Shown here piece by piece: positions 1 to 13,294 of a DNA stretch of 64,000 bases. The notes under the pieces are model-generated. The model was given only the letters and a program-made list of their open reading frames with translations. It was not told the origin of the DNA and did not search any database. The stretch's first letter is position 1; each line of letters starts with the position of its first letter. Location of the stretch: contig NC_042997.1 of the NCBI RefSeq assembly GCF_006345805.1, positions 92,256,001 to 92,320,000 of the forward strand. Direction: 5' to 3'. The translations under genes were made by a program, and so were the position numbers. The stretch is from Octopus sinensis (lineage: Eukaryota).

Positions 1-20
1 AGCAGAAAAATCAACAAAAC

Positions 21-58
21 CTGTTACTCTGAGTTTCCCGTTGCCGTTCATCGGACAG
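21..58 (-). ncRNA. Candidate type I hammerhead ribozyme with variant core CCGAUGA
   Basis: Minus strand reads CTGT-CCGATGA-A-CG(GCAA)CG-G-GAAA-CTCAGAG-TA-ACAG. Stem I is CTGT/ACAG, helix II has a GCAA tetraloop with an A.G mismatch at its base, helix III is the near-palindrome CTC-A-GAG, and the site is GUA. Confidence 0.5.
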
Positions 59-76
59 TTTTTTTTATATATATAT

Positions 77-206
77 AATAGTGTACATTTAAACACAAGA
101 GAAAACTACCTTTAACAGGTAATTTTTACACGCTAGAAGAAGCAGTCGAAACGACCAAAACCACATTTAAGAGGTAGTTTCCTCTTGTATTTAAATGTAC
201 ACTATT
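77..206. repeat. Inverted repeat with 35-bp arms (77-111 / 172-206) at the 5' edge of the retrozyme-like unit
   Basis: AATAGTGTACATTTAAACACAAGAGAAAACTACCT and AGGTAGTTTCCTCTTGTATTTAAATGTACACTATT are reverse complements with 2 mismatches. Confidence 0.85.
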
Positions 207-555
207 TTATATTGAGAATATGTTGTCTATTGACTTTTTATACATGCTAGGCCACTGGTGGTGAAATTTCTTAAAATATTCGCTATCCTATATATTTTAC
301 GAATATGATTTTAGCATTTCGAAGATCGGTTCGGCATTTTTCATTTACTGCCGACTGAAACTGCGCTTGCGCGGTGAAATTTGAACATATAAGGATGAGA
401 ACGTGTTATTTGTCTCTAAATTATGTTAATTGTTATGGCACGGTTACTGATGAGGATTCGCCTAGCAAATTATTTTACTTGCTGAAGAAATCTGAAACCT
501 AGGTATAACCGTAAAAAAATAATAAGGTAAAAGTTTTTATTTTTCATTCACTTCG
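172..555 (+). mobile_element. Non-coding HHR-bearing (retrozyme-like / PLE-dependent) unit, homologous to 25117-25717
   Basis: Collinear blocks shared with the 25 kb element: TTTAAATGTACACT, TACATGCTAGGCCA, CTGCG..TGCGC, the HHR, and GGTAAAA(T)GTTTTTATTTTTCATT. Confidence 0.65.
440..512 (+). ncRNA. Type I hammerhead ribozyme with canonical core
   Basis: ACGGTTA (440-446), CTGATGA (447-453), helix II GGATT..AATCT with inner hairpin AGCAA/TTGCT, GAAA (494-497), CCTAGG, TA (504-505), TAACCGT (506-512). Perfect 7-bp stem I, palindromic helix III, predicted cleavage after A505. Confidence 0.8.
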
Positions 556-569
556 AAAATTACTCTTAA

Positions 570-1180
570 ATGTGGCCAGATGTTTGGTGTGTTAGTGGTC
601 GCAAAAATTGTCTGACAGCCATGACTGGGTTCTCCTGCATGTGTGGTATGGTGCAGAGTCCTGTCGCCAGATACAGGATCTTCCAGTAGCTACCCTCTTG
701 ACCCAGGGCGACACTACTTCCCTCAGGCACTTGATGTAGGCCTCCGTGTTGAGTGTGAGTCAGCGTGGGAAGATGAATGGAGAAATAACGTCGCATTCAC
801 TAGTGATCACTCCAAACACCATGATGTTGACTAAATGTTTGATTTTTAGCACTTTCGGTTGATGTTTTGGGGACACGGAAAGCCAACGGTTGTTCTGTGT
901 GTTCACTATCTGATCCTGGCAGAACTTTTTCTCGTCTGAGAAAAATCAAAGCATATTCGGTTGGAGGGGATGCTTGAAATTGTTTAAAAGCTTCGTAGCG
1001 CGGCTGTTCCTTTTGTTCTTGATGGCTTGGTATAAGAATTGGCCCTTTCTCATTTTGTATGAGGAATACCAAATGTCTTCATGCACTCCATGTTCCTGGT
1101 GATGGACTTGATTGACTTGGAGGGATTGTTGTCAATCATGGCCTGGATCTCATCAACAAATTCAAGAGTTATTTTCTTAT
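570..1180 (-). pseudogene. Tc1/mariner-superfamily (maT-like) transposase fragment
   Basis: Frameshifted minus-strand translation resembles FSDEK..CQDQ.VN.QNNRW, MVFGVITSE.DV, and LNTEAYIKCL.EVV.PWVKRVA.GR..IWRQDSAPYHT.RRTQSWLSDNF. No third catalytic D and no TIRs seen. Confidence 0.75.
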
Positions 1181-1184
1181 CCTT

Positions 1185-1292
<108 letters not shown>

Positions 1293-1429
1293 TCACCACC
1301 GCCCTCACCGTCTCTATGCCTGCTATTACTCTCGCCCCATCGTGAGGAACATGTGAGAGAGGGGGGATCTAAATGTGACACACTGACACACCAAATTAGT
1401 TTTCGCATTTATTATATATATATATATAT

Positions 1430-2726
<1,297 letters not shown>

Positions 2727-2925
2727 TCTATGTACGGCTATCTTGTGTTCAATAATTTTCTAAAATGAAAACAGATCTTTTAAAATTTATGTGTTTCCTT
2801 TTTCTTTAAATCCGTTCCATAAAAGGGTGTGGTTTGTAACTCAGAAACCAAGATTCATCATTGGAATTTAGATAAATTACATCTTGAATTTCTGAAAGGT
2901 CTTGCACATTTTTACTGTTCAACTA

Positions 2926-3002
<77 letters not shown>

Positions 3003-3511
3003 CGAATCAGCAGAGGCGTTGTAGTTGCTGCTGTATGAAGAAGCTGTGTATCTGGGCGTGAACCAGGATCTCGTTGTTATTGACTCGGTCAAACCACTTA
3101 ATGTCTAGGATCGTTTCAAACTGCCTTATCTGGAGTCGATGCTCGAAATCTCACTGACGTAAAATACCATGTTGAGGACACAACCCCTGTGTTCATTGTT
3201 AGCTTACTGTTCTAGACCAGGCGTGGTCAACCATTTTTGATATGTAGGTCGCATGTGACATAGTTAATCATCAAGCAGACTGCAATATCTGATACATATT
3301 TGATCGACCCCAAAAGGATAAAAGGCAAAGTCGACCTCGGCATTATTTGAACTCAGAACGTAAAGATGGACGCAGTACATACTATACTGAACGTGCATGT
3401 ACGCTGAAAATAAATAAAGCTCGCTCTTTTTCACCGCTATAATAACATTTTCATAGTTGCAGAAATAAATTTCATTAACAGGTTGAAGAAAATGAAGAAA
3501 GAGAAATTATT

Positions 3512-3938
3512 GGATCTTTTCGGTTTGAACGGCAGTTTTTAAAAATAATTTCCACGTAACTAAACACTTTTAAACTTCGTATACTGGTAGAATGTGTTTA
3601 TAAAACATCTTTTTCTCTTGGCTTTATTGAGAAAATTCTATAGTTTGTAAGATATTTGTTGTTTTTTTTCTTCAATTTCTGCAATTTCAACCAATCAATG
3701 ACGTCTATTGAGGTAAAAACATTCTGTGCCGTATGAATATGTCCCTCGTTTAAGAAACAGATTGGGTTTATTTACATTTATGAAGAAAAAAAGATACCCT
3801 TCCCCCCACCCCTAACCCTAACTAACCCTAACCCTAAAACAGATTGAAATGCAATAGATCAATACTAGGGTCATAATTATGGGTGACAATTTCGTATGAC
3901 ACCGCTAGAAAAAACTGCCGTTCAAACCGAAAAGATCC
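3512..3938. mobile_element. MITE with GGATC-starting TIRs and 8-bp TSD
   Basis: TIR GGATCTTTTCGGTTTGAACGGCAGTTTTT / AAAAACTGCCGTTCAAACCGAAAAGATCC; AAATTATT duplicated at 3504-3511 and 3939-3946. Confidence 0.9.
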
Positions 3939-4428
3939 AAATTATTTACTAAATTAGTTTATTTACGTTCATTTAATATTTACAGTACATTTATGAGTCA
4001 AAAGAAAACTGTCGTAGAGGATTACGACATAAAATTTATATTAACTAATTCTTCGATACTAAGCTACTAGAGCTTTACACAACAATTCAAAATAGTCTTG
4101 TTGAATTAAGTATTAGACATGGCATAACAATAGCCAATATCTCAAGAGAGAGTGTCGTGGAAACGAGTGACAACCAACGAACCCTGAGAGTGTCGTGGAA
4201 TCGAGTGACAATCAGCAAACACTGATTAATCTCCCCAAAATCAAGGTTTTTATAATTGCTCATACCTGAATTCTGAGAACCGTATTTCGTGAAAGATTTC
4301 TCTTTGACGAAAGTTTAGAATTCAAATATGGGCAGTAATTTTAACCAATGGGAAACTAACAATTATACCTATTTGGGCAACGTGACCATTACGTCATATT
4401 ACCGTCGATAAAGGTTTATTATGACTTG

Positions 4429-4462
<34 letters not shown>

Positions 4463-5534
4463 TGTATGTATGTATGTATGTATGTATGTATGTATGTATG
4501 TATGTATGTATGTATGTATGTGTATATATTTATATATAGGTAGGCAGGCAGGTAGGTATTGCCTTTATAAACGTAGCTTCCTACTCTCTCTTGTCACTCT
4601 CGCCATCACCATTGCAGTGAACCCGTGATTGTCCCGTTGGAAACTTGTAACCTTTAATTTCTATTGTGCAGTAATTGATACATAAAAAAAAAGTTAATAA
4701 ATCATTTTGAAATTTGTCCTTTGCGTTGTGTCATTTGTATCTCGATCAATAAACCTATATTTGCTCTTTAGCACTTGATTTATATCCACTAGTATTGCAT
4801 GCATTTTTCATTCTATATGACTTAAGTAACTAGCTTTTTAACATCAAATATTAAACCGGTTTATTGATGTAGTCTTTTTGATTTATTTGAATATTTCTTC
4901 TATATTTCAAACAGCATGATGTTTCCGACAACTGTCCTTTTTTTTTTCAATGCCCCCAGTATTTCTCATACTGTTCCTTTTTCCTTAGGTTTACTTTTAA
5001 TTTTACTTATTTATTCCTTTTTTTCTTTCTTTTTACTAGGCTTGCAACTCCTATTTCATTTCCTTCTCCCCTAAAATATAAGGGAAAAGGTAATGAAAAG
5101 TATGTGTGGCATGTTTTTTTCCCAAGAGTATTAGTGACGCCAGAGAAGCGATGTAGCTAAAATCCCTTTTCTAGGGATTGTAATTGTCTCCTTGCCTTAT
5201 TACATACTTTCTCCATTTTACATTGAAACCGACAGTTTTAGCTTTATTTTTTGTAACACAAAACTAATTTTTTTATGTGTGAGCAGAGAATACATTGATT
5301 AAATTTCGGCAATATATTAGTGGTCTCTCTGTTATCTCACAAAAATTTACTGATTCGCAATAGTATAACAAACAAGGGAGGCAACTTATTCAATAATGGG
5401 GCGTTATAGTTCATTCTTCTCACCTTTCAGGCGTTACAACTTAGCCAATAGAAGGAAATTAACCAAACACTTAAACATTAATGATACACACTTACGTATT
5501 TTTGTACATAATCCTTTAACTGCCGCTCTTCTAC

Positions 5535-6135
5535 CGCAGGCGGACTCATTCTGCTATCTTGGAAGCAACTTGGCTTCTGCATCTTTTGGGAGACTTAGTG
5601 AATGAGTCTTTCGGAATAAGAACCTTAGAACAATTACAAGAATCTCTGTTTATTGAGCTGTCTGTATACCCATCCTCCGCTACGGGTCTGAGCGCTGGAT
5701 CTTTTATCGGCGTTCCGTATCAGATCATTGCAAAGTATCCTCGGTCTCATGTGGCAGGACAAGGAACCACATATCGAAATCCTCCTGAGGGCTGGGATCC
5801 ACAGCGTCGAGGCCTGCTTCCTTTGTCGTTTTCTACTCTGGGTTGGCCATGCGATTCAGATGCCGGGTAACCGGCTCTCAAAGACAGTGCTCTTCAGCGT
5901 GATCGAGACTGGATGAAGACCACATAGACGTCCAAAACTTCGTTTTCACGATCATCTTAAACGGTCTCCCATTTGATGCTGTGTTCCTCCCAATCGGTTA
6001 GAGGCTCTGGCTATTAATCGGAAGTAATGGAAGTTCGTGTATGATGCTGGAGCAGATCGCTTTGAAACCGAATGCAGGAGATTGCATAAAAGGAGGAGGC
6101 GACGTCGTCATCAACCATTCCACTCTGCAGCGGTT
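5535..6135 (+). pseudogene. RTE-clade LINE 3' ORF remnant
   Basis: DSFCYLGSNL..ASASFGRL; ILGLMWQDK..EILLRAGIHSVEA..WVGHAIQMPGNRLSKTVLF; DRFETECRRLHKRRRRR. These match RTE post-RT motifs, with frameshifts and deletions. Confidence 0.7.
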
Positions 6136-6199
6136 GTAGGGGTCACTTTCAATGCACCCAGTGCCACAGTATCAGCTTATCTCATATCGGTCTTGTCAG

Positions 6200-7191
6200 T
6201 CACGTCCGCTCCCATGAGAAGCAATGTGCTGGAGGCGGTGGAGGATGCATGCGAAGGTGGTTTGCAAAGTTTAAAGCCGGAGAGTTTAGCTTGGAAGATG
6301 ACAGTCGTAGTGGAGGACTTTCAGAATTGGATGATGATGTTTTGAAGGCAAAAATCGAAGAAAACTAAAAAATCACGACTAGAGAACTTGCTGAGGAGTT
6401 AGAAGTTTCTAAAAGTACGGCCCATGAACACCTAGTGAAGATAGGATACATTTCTTGCTATAATGTATGGGTCCCTCACAAACTCTCAGAAAAAAATTGC
6501 TTGGGCTTGTATTCCATTTGTGATATGTTTTTGAAACGGAATGAAAGCATACCTTTTTTGAAACAACTTGCGACTGGAGATAAAAATGTAGTGCAAAAAA
6601 GATCCTGGAGCTTGCGTAATGATTCCCCCAAAACTGCCACCAGAGACGAATATCTATGCCAAGAAAGCTATGCTTTGCGTTTGGTGGGATCATAAAGGCA
6701 TTATTTATTATGAGCTTCTTCCACAAATCCCGACCATTAGTTCTGATGTGTACTATCATCAGCTGGCTAATTTGAACAAAAAAAAAAAAAATCTCAGAAT
6801 CGAGGTCAGAGATTGCTAACAGGAAAAGGGTAGTGTCCCAATACGATAATACCCGACCACATATGCCTTTGGCTACCTGAACAAAGTTACATGAACTTGG
6901 CTGGGCTCTCTTATCCCATCCACCATATGATATTTCGCCATCAGTCTACCACTTGTTTTTGTTTCTACAGAACTCATTGCAAGGAAAAACATTTAACGAT
7001 TTAGATGCAGTCAAAATGCATCTAGACAACTTTTTTCTTCAAAATCAGTAAAATTTTATGCTGATGGAATATTTAAATTGCCTAATAAAGTGGCAAAGGT
7101 CATTGAAATGATGAAAATGATTTCATTGAAAAAAATTTATTGAACGGTCAAATATTTAAAAGACGCTCAAAATTTTCCGGACAACCTAATA
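6200..7191 (+). mobile_element. Degenerate mariner transposon (5' end lost, 3' TIR present)
   Basis: RWFAKFKAGEFSLEDDSRSG, WVPHKLSEKN, LATGDK, KAMLCVWWDHKGIIYYELL, HPPY..DISPSVYHLF; 3' TIR AAAATTTTCCGGACAACCTAATA ending near 7191. Confidence 0.85.
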
Positions 7192-7439
7192 TATTTTCCG
7201 TGAGAAAATGTACGCTCTAAATGCATATAATAAATATATTTATTGAATACTACATTATTATTGGCAACTAATTTCGTTTGGGCGCTGGCTGCAAAGCGTA
7301 AGCTTAGAACAGTGATTCTCAAACAGGAAGCACTTCGTTATCAGTGGAGGAATTTCAGTTATGAGAGGAAATCTAAACACGAAAGAATGTACACTGATAT
7401 ATACATATTTGACACCATGTGAAGCCGACAGACTCCGTA

Positions 7440-7700
7440 CCTTAGTGGGTGGTTAATATGTGTCTTCCACGCTGTAATTGTTACATGAAGCTGAACGACC
7501 TGCACAAATTTGTTTGTAGTGATCAAATGTATGTGCTGTACATTAGCTCACTTCCTCCATCAAATCGATGTTGCCTGAACAAGTGCACGGTGTGCCACGC
7601 GTCAGGTGTCGAAATGATCACAGAGCAACGTGAGATGGAGAGTTTTGCTCAAGAACACAACACACCACTCGGTCTAGGAGTTGAAATCACGATTTCGCGA
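7440..7700 (-). mobile_element. tRNA-derived SINE, same family as 37015-37270 and 58722-58950
   Basis: TTTGCTCAAGAACACAAC..GTGCACGGTGTGCCAC is the reverse complement of motifs in the plus-strand copies. Confidence 0.6.
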
Positions 7701-7704
7701 TCAA

Positions 7705-7766
<62 letters not shown>

Positions 7767-7909
7767 TATGACACAAGAAGCCAGCGTCATTTTGAACGAG
7801 ATCTCGCCGGTAGCCATTGCCATTCGCGAGACAAGAACGAGATTCTCGCCGGCAACCAGTATTTAAGCAAGAAACAACGACATTCACTTTCATAAATCTT
7901 CCATTCAAT

Positions 7910-8410
7910 TATACATACATACATACATACATACATACATACATACATACATACATACATACATACATACATACATAATACATACATACATACATACATA
8001 CATACATAAATACATAAATACATACATGCATACATGCATACATACATACATACATACATACATACATACATACATACATACATACATACTACATACATAC
8101 ATAATACATACATACATACATACATACATACATAACATACATACATACACATACATACATACATACATACATACTACATACATACATGCATACATACATA
8201 CATCATACATACATACATACATACATACATACATACATAAATACATAATACATACATGCATACATGCATACATACATACATACATACATACATACATAAT
8301 ACATACATACATACTACATACATACATACATACATACATACATAAATACATACATGCATACATACATACATACATACATACATACATAAATACATAAATA
8401 CATACATACA

Positions 8411-8445
<35 letters not shown>

Positions 8446-8605
8446 GTAGCGGTACACATTTATTCTTTTCGTATATATTATAAGCGACCGTGCGGTGTAA
8501 GTCACCGTGCCATTCATAAGTCACCTCTCCTATGCACGGTCGTTCTTACACATACATCCATCCATCCATCCATCCATCCATCCATACATACATACATACA
8601 TACAT

Positions 8606-8645
<40 letters not shown>

Positions 8646-8690
8646 ACATACATACATACATACATACATACACACGCACGCACGCGCGTG

Positions 8691-8742
<52 letters not shown>
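7910..8742. repeat. Long (TACA)n / (TCCA)n / (CA)n microsatellite complex
   Basis: Seen directly; it explains the HTYI and MYVC pseudo-ORFs. Confidence 0.95.
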
Positions 8743-8744
<2 letters not shown>

Positions 8745-9138
8745 GGATGAAATACCATTATACACAACCACAAAGGCGATCACAAATTAATAGTAAAAAC
8801 AAACAAGTAAACAAACAATTCCTGCAATTCCTGCTCCAGACTTAATCCCGCTTGAGAGTATTCAATTATCGAGGTTTGAAAAGCGTGCTAATGTTAATAT
8901 TATCGTCGAGTGGAATTTGTTAATTGGCTTTTAGAAGTTGCCAACGACTGGAGGTCTAGACTTGACAGCAGAGATGAAGGCCAGCATCACTTAACATACG
9001 TATCCCAAATTGTCAGTGCCTGCCTGAAATATATTCTGAGACAAAGTTGAAAAAGAGATTTCATATCTCTAAGCTTGTCTTCTTTTTTTAAACTAAGTTT
9101 CACAGTTGTTGACATTGGGGATTAGCTGACACACACAA

Positions 9139-9169
<31 letters not shown>

Positions 9170-9857
9170 GACGAAAACGAATAAAGATTTTCAAAATTTA
9201 ACATTTACTTTCCAGATTTCCATGGCAATAAAATGCTTTTGGCCTTTCCTACAATTTATTTGGGTTTTACCGTATTTTCCAGCACATAAGTCAAATTTTT
9301 CAGACCAAAGTTTACAGCCAAAACGGTAGGTCGACTTATTCACCAAGACGGCTTTGAAAAACAGAAATTTCATTTGAAATGCGACAGGATTGGGGAAAGA
9401 TTCTGACGATCTTTGAATGGTTTTACAATCTGTTTACATCAACTTGTATACCGGAAAGTACGGTAAATCAAATGGAAGTTTTATGATCCGTTGAAATAAG
9501 GATCTAATTTTAATTTGATTGCAATTAAAAAAAAAAACTAATGCTTTAAGTTGTTTCTATGTATTTCACACATGCCTGTTATTTTCCTTGATCATTTATA
9601 CATACTTCTTATTTATCTCCAAATTATTTCTTTTGTTTTAAACATTGGGTTCTGATACAATTATTTTATCAATAATAAACATTATTTGGGAGCTTCAAGA
9701 TTGGATTCTTGAAATAATCATTTAGTTCTATGTATCCTTAACATTGGTTTACTCAGAATGTAAAGAGGGGCTAAATGGCGCTAAACATTTTTTCCGGCGT
9801 GCTAGCAATTCTCCCAGCTCACCACCTTTAGTGTATCCTTAATATTACCACTTCGGA

Positions 9858-10065
9858 AGGCGGCGAGCTAGCAGAATCGTTACGGCGTAGGATAAAAGGC
9901 TTAGCAACATTTCTTCCGACTTTACGTTTTGAGTTCAAACGCTACCGGGGTCAACTTTGCCTTTCATCTTTTCTATAATATAAACTGCAGTTGAGCACCA
10001 AGGTCGATGCAATCGATTTGCTCACTTCCTAGAAATTGCTGGCCTTATGCCAAAATTTGAAACCA
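9858..10065 (+). mobile_element. tRNA-derived SINE (internally deleted) of the array family
   Basis: AAGGCGGCGAGCTAGCAGAATCG..GAGTTCAAAC..GTCAACTTTGCCTTTCATC. Confidence 0.7.
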
Positions 10066-10251
10066 ATATTCTCACTTTGGTTGAATATAATGTTTTTGGT
10101 GAATATCAACTGATTCAAATAACTTATTTGTTCAGACCTGAAATAGATAGACTCGATAAAAAGCATATATATTCCAAAATACGTTACATTAAATTACGGA
10201 GATGTACTTGCATTGCGAGTGACTTGATCTGAGATCGTGTGCTGGAACGAA

Positions 10252-10536
10252 AACAATTGCAGCGTGGAAGGTGTTTATAATCCATTTAAGAAACACAAAA
10301 ACCGTTAGATTCATTTCAACATTTAAATTTAATTTGTCAAAATATTTTCGTCGCTTTGAGACCGCGACCTGTTCACTGACAAAACTTTGTGCTGCACGAA
10401 GTTTTGTCAGTGAACAGGTCGCGGTCTCAAAGCGACGAAAATATTTTGACAAATTAAATTTAAATGTTGAAATGAATCTAACGGTTTTTGTGTGTTTCTT
10501 AAATGGCTTATAAACACATTCCACGCCGCAATTGTT
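10252..10536. repeat. Near-perfect palindrome of about 285 bp
   Basis: Arms 10252-10392 and 10394-10536 are reverse complements with a few substitutions and small indels, centred on GTGC-T-GCAC near 10393. Confidence 0.9.
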
Positions 10537-11044
10537 ACATTAAATGTTCTGTGATTTAAGATAGAAGGCTGTAGATAATTTAGTACCTAGCCGCACAGAA
10601 AGAATGATTTTTGAAGTTATATTTCTATTTCTACTATCACAGTCTGCAAGGTGTTTTATTTTGAAAAATTACCGCTTCAATCTGTGCCTCTTTACTGCAT
10701 TGCTCTAAATCAGTTTTTCTTTTCTTTTTTCACGTACCGAGTAATGAAGTCCACAGACTAACTGTATGAATTATAAGAGTGCGTGATACCTTGGGCTGAG
10801 GAAAATTTCTTTCATGAAATTGATCTGTGATGCAAGAAAGATTAGGAACAGCTGATTAAAAAAAACACACTCTTTGTGTATGCAGCATTCTAGTACATTT
10901 AGCTAAGTAATATTTCTTATGTACATATTGGAAACGATAATTATAGAGTCGATTGCCTAGTTTCATGCAGCTGGTACATATATTTTTTCTCAAAACACTG
11001 GAAAATAGAGTGTTCTTAACTATTTTCATTATTAAATAACTTTA

Positions 11045-12830
11045 AGGCGCCGTGCTGGCCGAATCGTAAAGCGCACCGGACAAAATGCTTATAGCGGCAT
11101 TTCGTCCGTCTGTACGCTCTGAGTTCAAATTCCGCAGAGGTTGACTTTGCCTTTCATCTTTTCGGGGTCGATAAATTAAGTACCGGTGAAACAGTGGGGT
11201 CAATGTAATTGATTAGTCTTTTCCCCTCAAAATTTCAGACCTTGTGCCTTTAGTAGAAAAGATTTAAATTGCTTTAAGGCGAGCTGGCAGAAACGTTAAC
11301 ACGCCGGGCGAAATACTTAGCGGTATTTCGTCTGTCTTCACTTTCTGAGTTCAAATTCCGCCGAGGTCGACTTTGCCTTTCATCCTTTCGAGGTCGATAA
11401 ATTAAGTACCAGTTACGCACTGGGATCGATATAATCGACTTAATCCGTTTGTCTGTCCTTGTTTGTCCTCTCCGTGTTTAGCCCCTTGTGGGTGTTAAAG
11501 AAATAGGTATTTCGTCCATCTTCTGAGTTCAAATTGCCCCGAGGTCGTCTTTGACTTTCATCCTTTCGAAGTCGATAAAACAAGTGCTAGTCATGTACTA
11601 AGATCGATGTAATCGACTTACCCCTTCCCCGAAATTGACGGCCTTGTGCCAACATTTGAAACGGTTATTAGATAGTATTTAAAGGCGGTGAGCTGGTAGA
11701 ACCGTTAGTACCCCGGACGAAATACATTGCAGTATTTCGTTCGTCTTTACGTCCTGAGTTCAAATCACACCAAGGTCGACTATGTCATTCACCCTTTCGG
11801 GGGTCAATAAAATAAGTGCCAGTTGACCACTAGAGTCGTTGTAATCGGCTAGCCCTTTCCTTTAAAATTGCTAGCCTTGTGCCAAAATTTTAAACTTATG
11901 ATTAAGCAGTCTTTAGAAAGTGGCAGATTTTTCAAAATCGCTTGAGCATTAGACAAAATGTCTTGCAGTATTTGTTTCGGCTCATTACATTCTGTGTTCA
12001 AATCCTGCCGGGATGAACTTTACCTTTCATCCATCCGAGGTCGATAAAATAAAGTATCACCTCAAATACTTAGCCGATATAATAGTCTCAAAATGGCTGG
12101 ACTTTTACCTAAATTAGAAATGATTATAAAACAGTCTTTACAGGCTGATGGGTTGTCAAAATCGTTAGAGCGTCGGACAAAATGCTTTGCATTATTTATA
12201 ACGGCTGTTTAGTTTCTGAATTCAAATCACGCTGATACTAGTTTTTCTTTTCATCCTTTCGGGGTCAATGAAATAAAGTTCCATCCTACTGGAGTCAATG
12301 GTATCAACTAGCTTCCTCTCCTCATAATTGCTGACCATGAGCTTAAATCGGAAACCATTATTAAAACGCGTACATAGGACGGTGGTTTTGCAAAATTATT
12401 CGATCGATGGACAAAATACTTTCGGTATTTATAGCAGCATTCTAGACTCTGAGTTCAACTCCAGCAGAGGTTAAATTTACCTTTCATCCTTCAGGGTCAT
12501 TAAAATACAATATCAGTTAAGTACCAGGGTCAATATAATCAACTGTTCCTTTGACCTAAATTTTAGACCTTGTATCTATGTAAGAAACCAATATTCGGGT
12601 CGGTGGGTTAGCAGAATCATTAGAGCGTCAGTCTTAACAAATATTGCCTGCCCATGCTATTTTTGTTCCGGCTTTACGTTCTGAGTTCTAAACCTGCCGG
12701 CACCAGCTATATCTTTCATTCTTTTGCGGTCGATAAAATAAAAAAGTGCTCAGGTCGATTTAAGCGACTAACCCTTCCCTTAGAATTTCTGGTCTTGTAC
12801 CTATGTTAGGAACAGTTTTCAATAGTCTTT
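11045..12830 (+). repeat. Head-to-tail array of about 8 tRNA-derived SINE units (period about 230 bp)
   Basis: Units start near 11045, 11276, 11505 (partial), 11681, 11915, 12141, 12376 and 12598. Each has an A-box-like TGGCAGAATCG, a B-box GAGTTCAAAT and a core CTTTCATCCTTTCGGGGTCGATAAAATAAGTACC, variably decayed. Confidence 0.85.
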
Positions 12831-13294
12831 CGTAAATGTCGACTATTTCCAAAAGTAAAATAAAATTCTTTACACTTAACTCCTAATATCAACTAATTGA
12901 CTGTTGGAAATGATCACATTACAATCAAACTTAATTATTAAAGCAGAAATCTATATCAGTACTGTTTAATTTATTTGCCATCCTTATTCATTTGTTCTAC
13001 TTTTGTTGATAGAAAAATGTTCATGGCTTGTAAAGACATAATATTAGTGGAACATCAATGAGACAACGGATAAGTTCATGTCTCGGGGCCGTATTCACGA
13101 GTAACGGGAAGCAGGCGGCTGGATTGGAAAAGTAGGTGCAGGCACAGTAATGCGCCAGCTCCAGTGTTCGATTCCCAGAAGACGAGAGATTAATAATAAA
13201 TAAATGAGTAGATAAATAAACCAATCTCATTATTTTCAATTTATTTTCGCGCCTAACCTCACCTATGGTCATGAATGTTGAATAATGAACGAAA

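Noticed and set aside
131-156. GCTAGAAGAAGCAGTCGAAACGACC as a further HHR
   Set aside because: The core is not CUGANGA, there is no helix II pairing, and there is no UH site with stem I.
3810-3837. CCCTAA repeats as an interstitial telomere
   Set aside because: Short, imperfect and internal to the MITE; probably part of the element's consensus.
8485-8541. CGACCGTGC..GCACGGTCG hairpin between microsatellites
   Set aside because: A 9-bp stem with no second copy or known motif; too little to interpret.
7787-8845. Many long ORFs of HTYI / MYVC / IYIY / SLSL type here and throughout the window
   Set aside because: They are translations of (TACA)n, (TA)n, (CA)n and (CT)n microsatellites, which lack stops in some frames.
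11045-12830. Regularly spaced repeats as a CRISPR array or tRNA gene cluster
   Set aside because: The context is eukaryotic, the units are about 230 bp without unique spacers, and the tRNA-like heads cannot form a cloverleaf.
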